From: Octopus bimaculoides
Taxonomy: Eukaryota
Direction of reading: 5' to 3'
Length of the DNA stretch: 58,738 bases
Assembly (NCBI RefSeq): GCF_001194135.2
Contig: NC_068981.1
Span: 80,032,504-80,091,241, forward strand
Each line of letters opens with the position of its first letter. The stretch's first letter is position 1. A program made the position numbers and the translations under genes. Of this stretch, positions 12,065 to 25,450 are shown one piece after another. The notes below the pieces were generated by a model. It did no database searches. It was given only the letters and a program-made list of their open reading frames with translations, and was not told the origin of the DNA.

Positions 12065-12355
12065 CATGAAGGCACGTAGCTTTAAAGGCTAGGGTATTCG
12101 GCTCATGATCGTAAGGTTGTAAGTTCGATTCCTGATGACACATTGTGTCCTTGAGCGAGACACTTTATTTCTTGTTGTACCTGTATTTCAAAGGGCCAGC
12201 CATGTCACATTTTGTGTCGTGCTGAATTTCCCTAAGAACTATGTTAATGGAACACATGTCTGTGGAGTGCTCGGCTACTTGCATGTCAATTTCACGAGCA
12301 GGCCATTCCATTGATCATATCAACAAGAATGCTCGTCAATGTAACCAAAAGAGAA
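12065..12355 (+). mobile_element. tRNA-derived SINE family C, diverged copy
   Basis: B-box GTTCGATTCC; body CCTGTATTTCAAAG.GCCA...TGTCTGTGGAGTGCTC...AATTTCACGAGCAGGC shared with 54270-54648. Confidence 0.75.
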
Positions 12356-13481
12356 CCAGACCACAGCAATGGTTATAATATCACTTGAACTACAAACCCT
12401 TGATCATTAGTTTAACATCTAAAGAGGCAGGGCATTGTCCCTATCTTCTTCATCAGTAACACTTCACCAACAGATGTATATCATCATCTTCATCTTTTCA
12501 ACATCCCTTTTTCTCTGCTTGCATAGGTCTGACAGAACTTGTGAATCCCTTTCCTGTTGCCAACTTTTTACTCATTTCCAAGGGGTTGATTTGTTCAGTT
12601 AAACTCTTCAAGATGATGGTACCACAGCATAGCTGCAGTCCAATGACTTAAAGCAAAAGATACACACACATACATGTGCACACACACACTTTGTTGAAGA
12701 CTACTATAAATATATGATCACTTGCTGTGAAGAGTTCAGGTTCTAACATCTTGGGGCTTTTGCTCTTCAACTGAAAGTGAAGACAGAGAAAGTAATCTTG
12801 TTGTTACTTAGTCTGTGAGCAAATGAAAAAATGCAGTATAACATTGAGACTTTTTTCTCTTTTTTCTCACCTTCCTAGTGACCTTTCCTGTGTTGGTAAG
12901 CTTCAGGCATTTCTCATTTTGCTATGGAGATGAAAAAAAAAAGAAACAAAAAAAAAGGTGAAGGAATATGTTAAAATATTAAAGTTTAAGAAAAACCGAA
13001 AAATCAATGACAAAAACAGAAATGATATAAGGAAACCATTTTTCAGTTTACTAATTCCTTTTACCAACTTTACAAAAGTATAATTTATATCTGACACAGC
13101 ACACCCTCCTTTTTTAACTGTTGTCACTAGAGTACTTAGAGTATCCTAATCTTTCAACTAGAAGCCCGCAAATACACACACACACACACACACCCTCTTA
13201 CCCCACCTCCACTACAAACAAAAGCATATCATCACATCCACTGCCACTACTGTTTGTAACAACACCTTTGCTCTTTGTCTCCTTCTTTCAAAGCTATTAT
13301 TTATACTAACAGCCCCACCACCACTCCACCATCCACCCTTTTCCTTTCTGCTACTCATTATCTGAACTCTTTGCTATTTAGTAACTACACTTCCACCAAA
13401 TCATCACCAACAGCTAGATTCTATAGTCCCTGAAAACCTTCATCACCACAGACTCCTTTTATTACATCTGAAATATTACAG

Positions 13482-13582
13482 GCAATGCGAAGCCAATCAT
13501 AGATTGCTGGTCTGTTCCCGACTGGACTGGTCCAGCCCAGCCACCACCACCAGCAGCTGCAGCAGAGTGTGAGGAGAGTTAG
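13482..13582 (+). CDS. Candidate terminal exon of an unidentified gene (alternatively a regulatory island)
   Basis: TATTACAG acceptor, then (G)NAKPIIDCWSVPDWTGPAQPPPPAAAAECEES*; GC-rich island in AT-rich DNA; no recognised homology; also contains AGCCAATCA (CCAAT box). Confidence 0.3.
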
Positions 13583-14107
13583 TCCTTCTGTACTGCTTTA
13601 TTTATTTATAGCATTGATTAGGGGAAATTCTCTACAGATATAACTTCTCTGTTGCTATTTATAGCTGCAAGTATAGTTAGAAAGATGTGTATTTGTGGAT
13701 AATGAAGCTACTTCTCAAATTGAGTTAATTATAGTTCTGATGCACATTCCCTGCTACTGCTGCTGCTACAAATGCTTCAGTTTTTTTTTATTTTTTATTT
13801 AACTCTGTCTTATATTCCAACAACAGACTCTCCTGCAGTTTATTAAAGGATTTTATTGAAATAAATGAAATTGTGTGTGTGTGTGTGTCTTTGACTTGAT
13901 ATTGTGGTAGTTGCAAATAAGTGTCACTGTCATATTAGTAGTGTTCTTCATTTCCAATTTCTCATGAAAACATGTCTGTGCATGGGAAAATATTTCCTTA
14001 TTTGGTGAGGGTTGGTGACAGGAAGGGCGTCTGGCCATAGACAATCTTTCAACAAATTCTGACCAACACATACAAGCATGATCATTAAGATGATGATGAT
14101 ATATATA

Positions 14108-15365
14108 TAGGGTGCGTAAGATATTTGAGGACAGATTTATGTTAATAAGAAAACAGATATAACAACAGATAACTTTATTTATCAAAAAATGCTATGAGGA
14201 TAAAAATAAACCTTCTTTTCTATAATGTTATTCAATAAAGCCAACTTCAGCTTCAACAACTGCTTCTATATGAGATCTAAATCATCTACATACTCGAATC
14301 AAGTGGTCCTGGTTCATTTTGGACTTTATTCTGACTCTGGCAGCTTTCAAAGAATCTTTGGTGTTATGGGCATATTCATTGACCTCTCTCTCAACAACGT
14401 TCCACATGTATTAGTCCAATGTATTGAGATCTGGGGAATTAGGAGGCCAAAAGTTAGAGTTTATGTGATCATGAAAATTTTCAGCCATCTATTCCTGTGT
14501 TACTAGAGCCATGTGTGATAGTGCAGAGTCTTACTGAAACACATATGGCCTTCCATTGCATAAACTGTCTATCCAGGGTTTAACAATTATTTCCAGGACC
14601 TCAATATAGGCAGCAGAGTTAACTCTAAGACCTTGTGGAAAGAAGTTAGGAGGCATCACATGTCCTTCATTGCTGACAACCCTTAAAACCATAACAGTTG
14701 CAGGAAATTTTGTATGCATAACACTTGGAACTTCAGAAAGGTCTACACATAGCCATCTGTCATTTCTTCTGTTAACTTTTTGATCTTGGCCGAAGTTTTT
14801 CTCGTTTGAGAAAAACCAAATCAAATCTTCTTCTGCTGGATTTTTCAGTTTGTTTAAGAGCCTTTTAGATCTGATGTAGTGATTTTCTTTTGCTTTTTCT
14901 GACAAATTGACCTTTCCTCATCATATGAGACTTGTAGCTGATGCCTTCGTGGACAACATTTCTGACTGTTCCTTCTGACACATGGAGATCTTTTGCAGTT
15001 GACCTCATGGACTTTCTGGAATTTTAATCAAGTCTGTTGAACTTGCTGGATAAATTCAGGTGTTCTGATGATTTCAGAGCGTTTAGAATGCTTTTTCTGC
15101 TTTGATACTGGTGATATGTTTCCATCTTCAGTCTCTAGCTCCTTACAAACTTTGTAGACAAAAGATCTGGCAACTTTTAAAAATCGAGATATTTCTAAAT
15201 CACTATGCTCAGCCTCTATAACCACAATAACAGCATGCCTCTTCATTTCTTGAGTAAGCTGAGGGTCTGCTGTTATTATTTTCTGAAACAAAGATTATAC
15301 AGAATTAGCAAAAGATGCAGCAATGACCCAAAAAAGGTATGTCCTCAAATACCTTACACACCCTG
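14108..15365 (-). mobile_element. Full-length-size DD37D (maT) element, inactivated
   Basis: TA-flanked ~27 bp TIRs (TAGGGTGCGTAAGATATTTGAGGACA / reverse complement CAGGGTGTGTAAGGTATTTGAGGACA); exactly 37 codons between the D of Q*DSA and the D of SPDLNTLD; several stops. Confidence 0.92.
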
Positions 15366-16585
15366 TATGTATGTGGTCTCGAGCATGGCTGTAAAATTAA
15401 GAAGTTCACTTGGTAACCACATTATCTCAGTTTCAGTCCCCTTATGTAGCACTATGACAACATGTTTTATTATTGTCACAGGTTGACTGACTTTGGTAGA
15501 TGGAAACTATGCAGAAGCCTCCCTATGTGTGTGTGTGTGTGTGAGTGCATGAACACACAAATCTGAGTTTGTGGTTGTCTCTCACTGCTTGACAACCAGT
15601 GTTAGATTGTTTATGTCCCTATAACTTAGCAGTTTAGCACAAATTATCCCAATACTTATTTGGGATGTATCTCAGTATGACTGTAATCCAATGACTGAAG
15701 CTAGTGGAAAAAACAAAAGAATGCACAAACACATATAATTGCATGTCTGGTCAAGGAGAAATGTTATTTTACTTGGAAACAAGTGAAGGTATCCACCTGT
15801 AGAAAATCTGACTCCAACAAATTCCATCTGACCCATGCAGTCCTGGAAAAGTGGACATTAAAATAACTACAATACATCAGTATATTTAACAGCAGTAATC
15901 AAAAAATTTTTTGTGTCTATTACTTCAAGTAAATCTCTCATACCAAAGCCAGTCATTATAAAACAGAGCTCATTTTGTATATCAAGACTCATGTGTCTAT
16001 TTATATCAATTTTGTTAAGCCTAGAAAATCAGAATTAACTTCCCTCTCAATTTTGCTAAGTTATACAAGTTGAATGATTAACATTTCCTTGTATGGTTAT
16101 TCCTTATTAGTAAAAGGAGTACAAACATTCAGTAATTTTTATTATGCATTTATGATTTGTTTGTATGTATTTTCTTGTAGTTTGATCTAACAAGTTTTTA
16201 ATGTTATTACATTTAAGAATCAGTGTTTCCACAGCATGGTAATATTCATGGTAAAACTTACTCTGTTGACACATTTCTTTTACAATTAGGAAATTTTTTC
16301 TGTTAACATACATTTTCTTTTATCTGTAAAATAATGTTGTTTTTAATTTCCATTATACTTTGCACTGAAAAAAAAAATGATATGCATGATCATAGGTTTT
16401 TGACAAAATAGATCAAATGAAGTAAACTAAATTGCTGTTTTAAGAACATTTCTGGTTGTCAAATGTCTCCTTGAAAAAAGTATAGATGATTTAGTTGAGT
16501 AATAGAAGCAAACCTCAGAGCACTTTCATTAGCTGTTTCACCTGATGTTGAAACAATGAAGCAGGACTTCTGCCACAGAAATGAT

Positions 16586-17100
16586 TTACTTGAAATCACT
16601 GGTTACAGCTGCAATCATGTAGAATGGTTTGTTTGGGAAGCCAAAGGATAGGAGCCATTAGGATTTACTGATTTTGGTTCAGAAAATATATAACATCAAA
16701 TCTTACTTGTCATTAAAGCATAGTTAAAATATTTCAATAATCTTATTAAAAGCAATTTTTGAAATGAAACGTGATATTTTCTTAGTGGATATTTGACATT
16801 TTAATATTAACCTGATAAATTAAAAATTTTAATCAATTCTGATATATATGACCACTCGAGTACACACTGTAGAACACTTGGCATTAGAAACCATGCCAAA
16901 ACAGACTTTGGAGCTATGGCTGTCTTAACAATATTACTAGAAGTCACTGGTTGTAGCTGCAATCATGTAGAATGGTTTGTTTGGGTCACCAAAGGATAGG
17001 AGTCATTAGGACATACTGATTTTGGTTCAGAAAATATATAACATCAATTCTTACTTGTTGTCATTGAGAATACTTAAAATATTTCAATAATCTTTTTAAA
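16586..17100. repeat. Local ~165 bp direct repeat (16586-16750 and 16934-17100)
   Basis: About 90% identical by eye, 348 bp apart. Confidence 0.9.
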
Positions 17101-19025
17101 TGCATTGGGCCCTATAGTATTTATTTAGTAACAGCATACAGAGATCAGAATTGGGCCCCTGGGCAACTTACTCAGTGTGCCCATGCCTTAAGATGGCACT
17201 GATTGGAGCTTGACACACTCCTCTTAGCTGTCGGATCCTGTCAATGCTAAATGATGGTAACTCATTTATTTGATATCAGAGCAAGTTTAGAACACAGATC
17301 GATAATAACATAGTGTTCCTAGATACATGTGGCTAGAGCACACAGCTGGTTACAGTCTGTTTTCATTTGATTTGTAATCAGAACAATGTATTTACTGAAT
17401 ATTGTAGACAAAACAAAATTAAGATCCCTGAAAAGTCATATTTCACACTCACTTTCAGTTTGATTATGTCTCATGAAAAATGTATACAGATTACACTTGA
17501 AATAGTATTTTTCTTTCAAAATTCTGGCCATAACTTGCATATATAGTTTTGCACATGGTTATATTATGCTGTTATTATCAGTTCAGTGCATTTATAATTT
17601 TTTTCCATTTGAAGAAATGATTCAGGTTTGAAAAGATTAATTGATAAATGATAATACAAAAAAAGTTTTTGATTCATCATTATCATAATCATCATTGCTT
17701 AATATCTACTTTTCCATGCTTGCATGGGTAAGACAGTATTTGTTGAGTCAGATTTTCTACAGCTGTTGCCTTTCCTATTTCCAAACAAGGCAGTATTTCC
17801 CCATGACTGGATAATTTTTTCATGGACTATTGGAAACAAACAACACTGCTTGTATGATACTCGTTTGCAATTATCACCTGATGTCCAGACAAGGGTACAT
17901 ATAAACACACACACACACACGCACACACATATATTTATGTATGACAAGCTCCTTTCAGTTTTCATACACCAAATTTACTTATAAGGCTTTGGTTGACCCA
18001 GGGCTATAGTAGAACATGGTTGGGAAGCAAGCTTCTTAACCTCACAACTACACTTACACCAATTAGAAATAATAATCAATGATTTATAAAACAATAAAAT
18101 CCGAGACAACTATTGATATTCTGTGTCAATGAAAACTAATTTCTATATAAATGGGTTAGAAAGCTATGTTGACTATGACAGGACTTGTTTTTTATTAATT
18201 TTTTTTAAGGTTTCTTTCTTCTTCAACTTCACCTGTACATTGACATCATTTCCTTTCACATTCTTTTATTCTGCTACAATTTCTTGGCAGACAAGTTCTT
18301 AACCAAAATTTCCGTAGTAGTATGAAATGTTGGGGCATACCAACAGATGGTTCTTACACCATTTTGTATTTAGTCATAGACAGTGATTTAGCTTGCATCA
18401 GGCCTCATTTCGGGTACACCGAATTGACAAGGCACAAAAATGATGGATCATCGATGTCTATCACTCCTGAATGAGACCAGATGTAAGTTATCTCATTTTT
18501 CTATGATTTTTAGGTATTTTAACACCAGGTGAATTGACAAGAATGCATTCTCTTATGGCTATAAGCACAGCCTATCCACAAACTAGTAAAACACATACCT
18601 TGTGTATGTGAGTTTGATATTGTTTATGTCTCTCAAGCTGTTTTTAATTCATATTTGAATATGTGTATGTGTGCGTGTCAGCCTTAACTTACAATGCCAA
18701 ACATTGTCACTTGACACTAACACACAGATTTTGCAGGGAACTTACAAAAATTTCTTAGACCAATCATGTGAGTATCCTCTACCAATCAAATTCTATTCAA
18801 GACATATACTAATTTGAGCCATAAACTCCCTATAAAAATAAGGCAAGCTTCAAGCACTAATCACAAGCAAGACAGCTGCGACATAAGCCATGTCTTTGTA
18901 ACTGAACATATTGAAAATCAGTGTAAACTGCGAAACCAGTTAAAGCTTTTAAATATATTAATAAAAAATATTTTAACTATTCTCAGTGCATTTTCAATTT
19001 CTAGTTAAATTGGACACGTAACTCA

Positions 19026-19386
19026 GCTTGCGAAGACTTATTGGGGCAAGCGAAAGCGAATTTGTGATGGCACCTGTGCCCAGCATCGCCTTTCTGGCAC
19101 TTGTGCCCGCGGCATGTCTAAGGATTTTCGAGTGAGATCGTTGCCAGTGCCCCTGGACTGGCTCTTGTGCAGGTGGCACATAAAATACACCATCTTGAGC
19201 ATGGCCGTTGCCAGTACCGCCTGACTGGCCTTCTTGCCGATGGCATGTAAAAGCACCCACTACACTCTCTGAGTGGTTGGCGTTAGGAAGGGCATCCAGC
19301 TGTAGATACTCTGTCAAATGCTGTGCGTGAGAAAACCCAGCAAGCCAAGTGAGATCTAAACCTAAGGCCTCAGCCAGTCCACTTAG
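19026..19386 (+). mobile_element. RTE LINE 3' UTR copy running into a second ORF2-end piece and a gap
   Basis: Array units plus CACTACACTCTCTGAGTGGTTGGCGTTAGGAAGGGCATCC; then GCTGTGCGTGAGAAAACCCAGCAAGCCAAGTGA (RTE ORF2 end). Confidence 0.8.
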
Positions 19387-20055
19387 NNNNNNNNNNNNNN
19401 NNNNNNNNNNNNNNNNNNNNNNNNNNNNNNNNNNNNNNNNNNNNNNNNNNNNNNNNNNNNNNNNNNNNNNNNNNNNNNNNNNNNNNNNNNNNNNNNNNNN
19501 NNNNNNNNNNNNNNNNNNNNNNNNNNNNNNNNNNNNNNNNNNNNNNNNNNNNNNNNNNNNNNNNNNNNNNNNNNNNNNNNNNNNNNNNNNNNNNNNNNNN
19601 NNNNNNNNNNNNNNNNNNNNNNNNNNNNNNNNNNNNNNNNNNNNNNNNNNNNNNNNNNNNNNNNNNNNNNNNNNNNNNNNNNNNNNNNNNNNNNNNNNNN
19701 NNNNNNNNNNNNNNNNNNNNNNNNNNNNNNNNNNNNNNNNNNNNNNNNNNNNNNNNNNNNNNNNNNNNNNNNNNNNNNNNNNNNNNNNNNNNNNNNNNNN
19801 NNNNNNNNNNNNNNNNNNNNNNNNNNNNNNNNNNNNNNNNNNNNNNNNNNNNNNNNNNNNNNNNNNNNNNNNNNNNNNNNNNNNNNNNNNNNNNNNNNNN
19901 NNNNNNNNNNNNNNNNNNNNNNNNNNNNNNNNNNNNNNNNNNNNNNNNNNNNNNNNNNNNNNNNNNNNNNNNNNNNNNNNNNNNNNNNNNNNNNNNNNNN
20001 NNNNNNNNNNNNNNNNNNNNNNNNNNNNNNNNNNNNNNNNNNNNNNNNNNNNNNN

Positions 20056-20056
<1 letters not shown>
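19387..20056. other. Assembly gap (670 N)
   Basis: N-run followed by (TA)n. Confidence 1.
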
Positions 20057-20100
<44 letters not shown>

Positions 20101-20815
20101 TTTTGACTTGAAGAAGTTAAAGCTATAAATAATAGCATGTAAATAGTGTTTAAAAAAACTTTAGATAGAAAACTCAAAAGCTACTTTTCAACTTTCTATC
20201 CAAAGGGTTTTTTAAACTCAATATTTACATGTTATTATTTAGAGCTTTATTTATCATATTTATCATCATTTAACATCTGCTTTCCATGCTGGCATGGGCT
20301 AGACAGTTTAACAGGAGCTGGTTTGGCAGAAGACTTAACAAGCTTGACTGTCTGTTTTGGCATAGTTCTTTCTAACACCAATCACCCTGCAGAGTGGACT
20401 GAGTGCTTTTTATGTTGCACCAGCACAGGTAAGGTCAGTTTTGGCAAGTGAAACCTAGGTATATAGAGAGGTGAGAGACTACAGGATATCAATAATGATG
20501 ATACATTGCCAAGTGTTCCAAGTTGATAAAACTTCCCTGTCAATCTACTGCTCTCACTTTCCCATCACAGTGTCTATAACAAGGGATTGCATCTGCTCAG
20601 TATCAGATACCACCATCACATTGTAATGCTAGATCTTGAAATGTCTCATTTGTAAATCCACTAAGCATTTTGCCAGAGTATAATATGAAGCTAAATTTGG
20701 GCTCACAACATTGGTTTATAGCATATTAGTGAATGATTTTGATTTTGTATTCCTGATCCTAAAGCTATTTCCCTATATTTAAATATAATGTTTTATTTAT
20801 TTTATTATATTACAG

Positions 20816-21291
20816 ATTCTGTGTCTCTGAAAGATTGCTCACAATCAGTTCCAGATGAGATTAAATGGCAGTGTTTTTCTCCTGTATATTTTTACCGCCA
20901 CGTGTTCACACCAGCGTTCTTCCTCAACTCTGTCCATGATCGATGGTACCTCAATCAAGCATTGGACATTACTTGTGATTTTAAGAAATGTTCTTCAAGT
21001 GATATCAAGTATATATCTGATATTAAATCAAGTCTTTTAGACATTGTAAGAGAGATATTTACCTCTCACAAAGATGGGCGCTATTTGACTGCTTGCCCTG
21101 TACATAGTGTTCTAGTCAACAGATTTTACTCCCAACCTCTTGCAGGACATATATCACCACAGAAAGCTATAGGAGATTGGTATTTTGGGAGAATATCTTC
21201 AACTACAAAAATTATTCCAAGAGAAGATATCCGTGAAGCAATATCTGTCTGTTACAAGTATTTCAACGAAGAAGAAAACACTTTGATGTAA
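20816..21291 (+). CDS. 3'-terminal coding exon of a pectin acetylesterase / Notum family hydrolase
   Basis: AT-rich tract + TTACAG acceptor (phase 1), uninterrupted frame to TAA; motifs WQCF..Y.Y....TP.F.LNS.HD.W (catalytic Asp), TACPVH (catalytic His), KAIGDWYFGR (plant-PAE-like C-terminal motif). The ATG at 20788 in the ORF track is intronic. Confidence 0.85.
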
Positions 21292-21330
21292 TAAAATGCT
21301 TGTTGCGTTCTGTTTTTAAAAAACTAATTT

Positions 21331-21372
21331 AATAAACTGGACTGTTACATGTTCCTGCAAAAAAAAAAAAAA
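21331..21372 (+). terminator. Poly(A) signal AATAAA followed 22 nt later by a genomic A14 run
   Basis: AATAAA 21331-21336; A-run 21359-21372; a second AATAAA overlaps the stop codon. Confidence 0.55.
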
Positions 21373-22489
21373 TGGGGGCCAAAATAGTATTTATGGGTAT
21401 CAAACTCTGCCAATATTAAAAAAAGAACTAATCATAAAATGATAATATAAAATCAAATTTTTAAAAAAAGATGGCAGAAAAGTGTCATTAAAACACTCCA
21501 TATCATGAGAAAATTGTGACTCCAAATTTTTCTGTGTGAATGTTGAACTGGGTATATATATATTTATAAAGAGTGAAGTAAAAAAGAAGTGTACACCGTT
21601 TATTTTTATTCTGTTCACTTTTTGAGTTTATTTAGTCTTTTTTTCCAAGTTTTTTTTATCATTATTTGACTTGTTTCAAGTATCTTAATTTAATGAAAAG
21701 AAATTAATTTTTATACTGTGTTTATTTATTTTTCATTTCATAAAATTTACCATACATGAAATGAAACTGGAAATAAAAATTAAGAAAATGAACAAAAACA
21801 TGTTATTAATTTCAGTTTTCATTGTTCACAAAGTTTTTTCTTAAATATTAAAAAAAAATTTAATGTGATTGTTTTATAATTTGAATTCTTAATCACATGT
21901 TTTGTTGTGCTTTTATTTTCAAGCATTCACTACATATTATTTAGTCTAAATTTGACACTTTAAGAGTTTCTGGGAATTTTGTGTTTGATCTGCTCACTGA
22001 CTTTTTTTTTTGTTTTTCAAACTGAATCTTCTCACCATTTTTATAGGTCATTCAGCCTTTGATAGTCAGGAAACAATACCCTAGAAATCAAGAATGAATC
22101 ATCAAAGCCATTTTAATGACAAAACCATTCATTTGTCTAACTACACTTGAAATGGATTTTTAAACTGTCTTGAAGCCCCCACCCCAAGCATCATTCCTAA
22201 ATTAGGTTAATTTTGTTTCAGAAATGGATTGCCACTGCTTTTGCTAGTTTACCTAATATTTTTTTTTTTTGAAGCTAAAAGTTCATTCTGTCAGTGTGTT
22301 GTAGAAATATTCCTTAGAAAAATTTCATACCATACACCTGAAGAATATTGTGAAGAACTTGCTGCGGTGGTAGAGTGAAACTTTAGCTTTAAATAAATAA
22401 ATGAACTTATATGCTATACATAATCTTTATTGTTTTGTTTACACACACACACACATATATCATCACCACCATTTTATTTCTGTTTTCCC

Positions 22490-23350
22490 ATGATTGCATG
22501 TGTCGGACAGGCCCTCTTCCCCATTATTTCTCATTTATTTCTCATCACTTGTTTGCATTCTTTGTCATTTCTTTTGTGAGCTTCATCATCTTGAAATCAA
22601 CTTTATCATCTCCCTGCTTCCATTATCTTATTTTTCCACAGGCTCCATCCAATTGAATCACTTGACACTTCACCCAACTGTCATCTGCCATATTCATCAA
22701 CTGTCTGTACTAGCACAATTTTCTCTCTTCTACATTACAGCTGATTCCTCTTACACTCAGTTTTTCCTCTTTCACCTCATTTGTACTTTGTTGTTCTGGC
22801 ATTGCTAATGTTACTCATTCAGCAGAGCATACTAACAATGAGCACACTCACTTCATTTCTATATATCTTTCACACATCTTTCACCCTCATTGTTTATATT
22901 TCTCTACAGTACAAGACTTGCTCTTCACTCAGAGGCAGAATCCCTTTCTTGCAAACACTGTTGATAGTTCTCTGAACTTCTTCCTTGTAGTTTTTATACT
23001 GACTACTATACTTTCACCACATCCATCTCCATTGCTGATTAGTCACCTAAGTAATAGAAGCTATCAACTGCTTCTTGGCATTTGAAAGAATTCATTCCAT
23101 GATACTCTTACTGCTTGTTTCTATGCACAGGGTTACATATGCAATCCTTCTGTTATCTTCCCTCTGATCCTACAGCATCTCTTGCACAGCAATAGTTTAC
23201 ATTAGGTACTTAATATAGAGTTCCTACCTCCTCCTCCTCCTCCCTTCTGCATATTGAGTATGGCCACTTTCCTGATGGCAGTAGAGGTATGTATTGTTTT
23301 CAGCTGCACCTACTTTTCTTAGTGACAGTCAACTACAGAGTGAACCACCC
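22490..23350 (-). mobile_element. Old RTE LINE ORF2 fragment
   Basis: Reverse complement resembles 44255-44700 (YLGD..S..GGC...VRI...W.KFRELL). Confidence 0.65.
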
Positions 23351-23629
23351 TGTCTAAAGTCTTCTGCAGGTCAACCATAATAGATTGCACTTGGATAAGA
23401 AGTGTTTATTCTTTTATTTGCTTCAGTCATTTGACTACGGCCATGCTGGAGCACCACCTTGAAGTGTTTTAGCCGAACAAATTGACCACAGGTCTTATTT
23501 TTTAAGCCTAGTATTTATTCTATCAGACTCTTTTGCTGAACTGCTATGTTATGGGGACGTCAGCACAACAACACCAGTTGTTAAGCAGTGATGGGGAGTG
23601 GGGAAGACATGTAGAATTCTGCATTGATG

Positions 23630-24366
23630 GTGTGACCTTTGGCAGTATGAGGAGCACTCTTTGTCCCAGAATCTTTCCAGCTGACTTCTGGGTTTGAAAC
23701 TTCTTGAGACATGGTGTGCTGCGATGGCCCCACTCGATTGATTGCTGCTTGGTCTGGGGATCATAATGATGAAGCCAAGTTTCATCTGATGACTAAATTA
23801 ACTATAAAATCAGTCTCTTCCATGGCAAACTGGTCCAAAATCACCTTTGATGTTGTCACTGATATACTTCTGATCAGTGTTCAGGCATTTTGGCACCCAT
23901 TTTGTGGAAAGCTTTTTCATGTCCAGATTGTTGTGGATGATGTGGCCAACTCTTTTGAAAAAAATCCCCAGAGTCTCAGCTATGACGTTAGTTGCAATCG
24001 GATGGTCCCTGAGAATCATGACATGCACAGCATCGCCTTTTTCCTCTGTGGTTGCAGAAGTTAGCTATCCTGACCAGGGTTCGTCTGTGACCTTGAAATG
24101 ACCAGTCTGAACCTTGACACAGATTTTCACTGTGAAGTAGTATGATGGGCAGCCATCCTTCAAGACTTCATTTTGCCATGGATTTCCACTGTTCCTTTGC
24201 CTTGTTAAAAGAGGAACTTTATGATCGCTTGTGCTTCAATTTTACCAAAATCCACTGTAGGAGCTGCCATCATGCATTAAATCTGCAAAAAAAAGAAAGA
24301 AGATATAATGTATACCATCATGATTTTTTGCATATTTTCTCCTAAATAGTTGTTCTACTTCCCCTG
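23630..24366 (-). mobile_element. mariner element, internally deleted
   Basis: KKLSTKWVPKCL, TMDETWLHHYDPQTKQQS; TIR-like right end followed by TA; left end abuts a SINE-A. Confidence 0.8.
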
Positions 24367-24849
24367 TAAATGTAACAGCTCTACCCTTTCACAATACTCT
24401 TAAAACCAGGAACTTTTCAGCACTCCCTCATATTTACATCTTTTTTTATGTACATTTATCCCCTTAGCATTTAAACCAGCCATATTTGGTCCAAACTTGT
24501 TTTATATTCAAACTGACCAGATCTGGCCTCTCACATTCTAAAAATAAACAATCGTATCATCAAAGTCTCAAAGTTACAAGGTAATGCATGATAAATTCAA
24601 ATCAATGTGAATAAAAAGCATTACTTTTTAAAAAGTAATCTGAATGCTAAAGGATTAAAGTTTGGTAATCAAAAAAGCAGTAGTTTAGATATTGAAGATT
24701 TTCAGCAAAGGAGAATTGATCAATGAAAAAGATACTTTTGTATAATGTGTTTTAGAATGCTGCTGATTAGATATAAGAGCAGGAGTCCATGTTTAGAAAT
24801 ATCTGGACATTGTTCTGAAAGTTGATAAAGGTATGCTAGCTCATTACTC

Positions 24850-25450
24850 TAGAGGGATTATGATACAATCTCTTGCAATGTTTTCTATAAATAAACTTGA
24901 GTAGAAGCAGACAAGAAAATGCATCACAATGTCAGGTCATTGATTGAAAGTTTTCTGAGAGAGGATTTATTGACTGAGTGGATAGTTTACTTAGCTGCAT
25001 GTTAAAACATTGTTGATGGAAGCATATTAAACAAGATAGAGGGAAATAGACCAGAGTGAAGCATATCTTTATTTTCTTTCTTGTTCTGATCTTGGTTATC
25101 CATATGTAAAGTAAAACCAAGTTGTTGACATCTTTTTGGTCCTTAATAGGGCTGGTGGTATTGATGATGATGATTTTTACAGCCTAGCAAGGAAGGTACA
25201 GATGCATTGGACAATCTATTCAGAGCCTGGTTAAAAGAGGTTAACGCCTGCTCCGAAGTAAGAATCAAATATCTTTGATATTGTTATAACTATTTTAAGC
25301 ATATTGAGTTTGTAAAAAAGGTCACAGGATATAGTAAGGCCTAACATATAATAGGGAAGTTGATAAAGAATCTGGATGTCTGATGAGAGCTGCCACTTAG
25401 CATTCATCTCATAATAGTTCATTTAAAGGTTGCAAGGAAATTAAGGATTG
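24850..25450 (+). mobile_element. Highly degenerate LINE RT fragment
   Basis: GTTAAAAGAGGTTAACGCCTGCTCCG reads VKRG*RL(A)P, like the GVKQG..LAP motif; MSDE-like segment downstream near the YADD position. Confidence 0.4.

Noticed and set aside
19349-20177. Long ORFs spanning N-runs (also 31355-31717)
   Set aside because: Artefacts of assembly gaps and (TA)n repeats.
25183-25257. AG/GT-bounded exon PSKEGTDALDNLFRAWLKEVNACSE, and its possible partner at 28220-28258
   Set aside because: An overlapping frame matches the LINE RT GVKQG..LAP motif; the 28220 acceptor alone gives only 12 codons.
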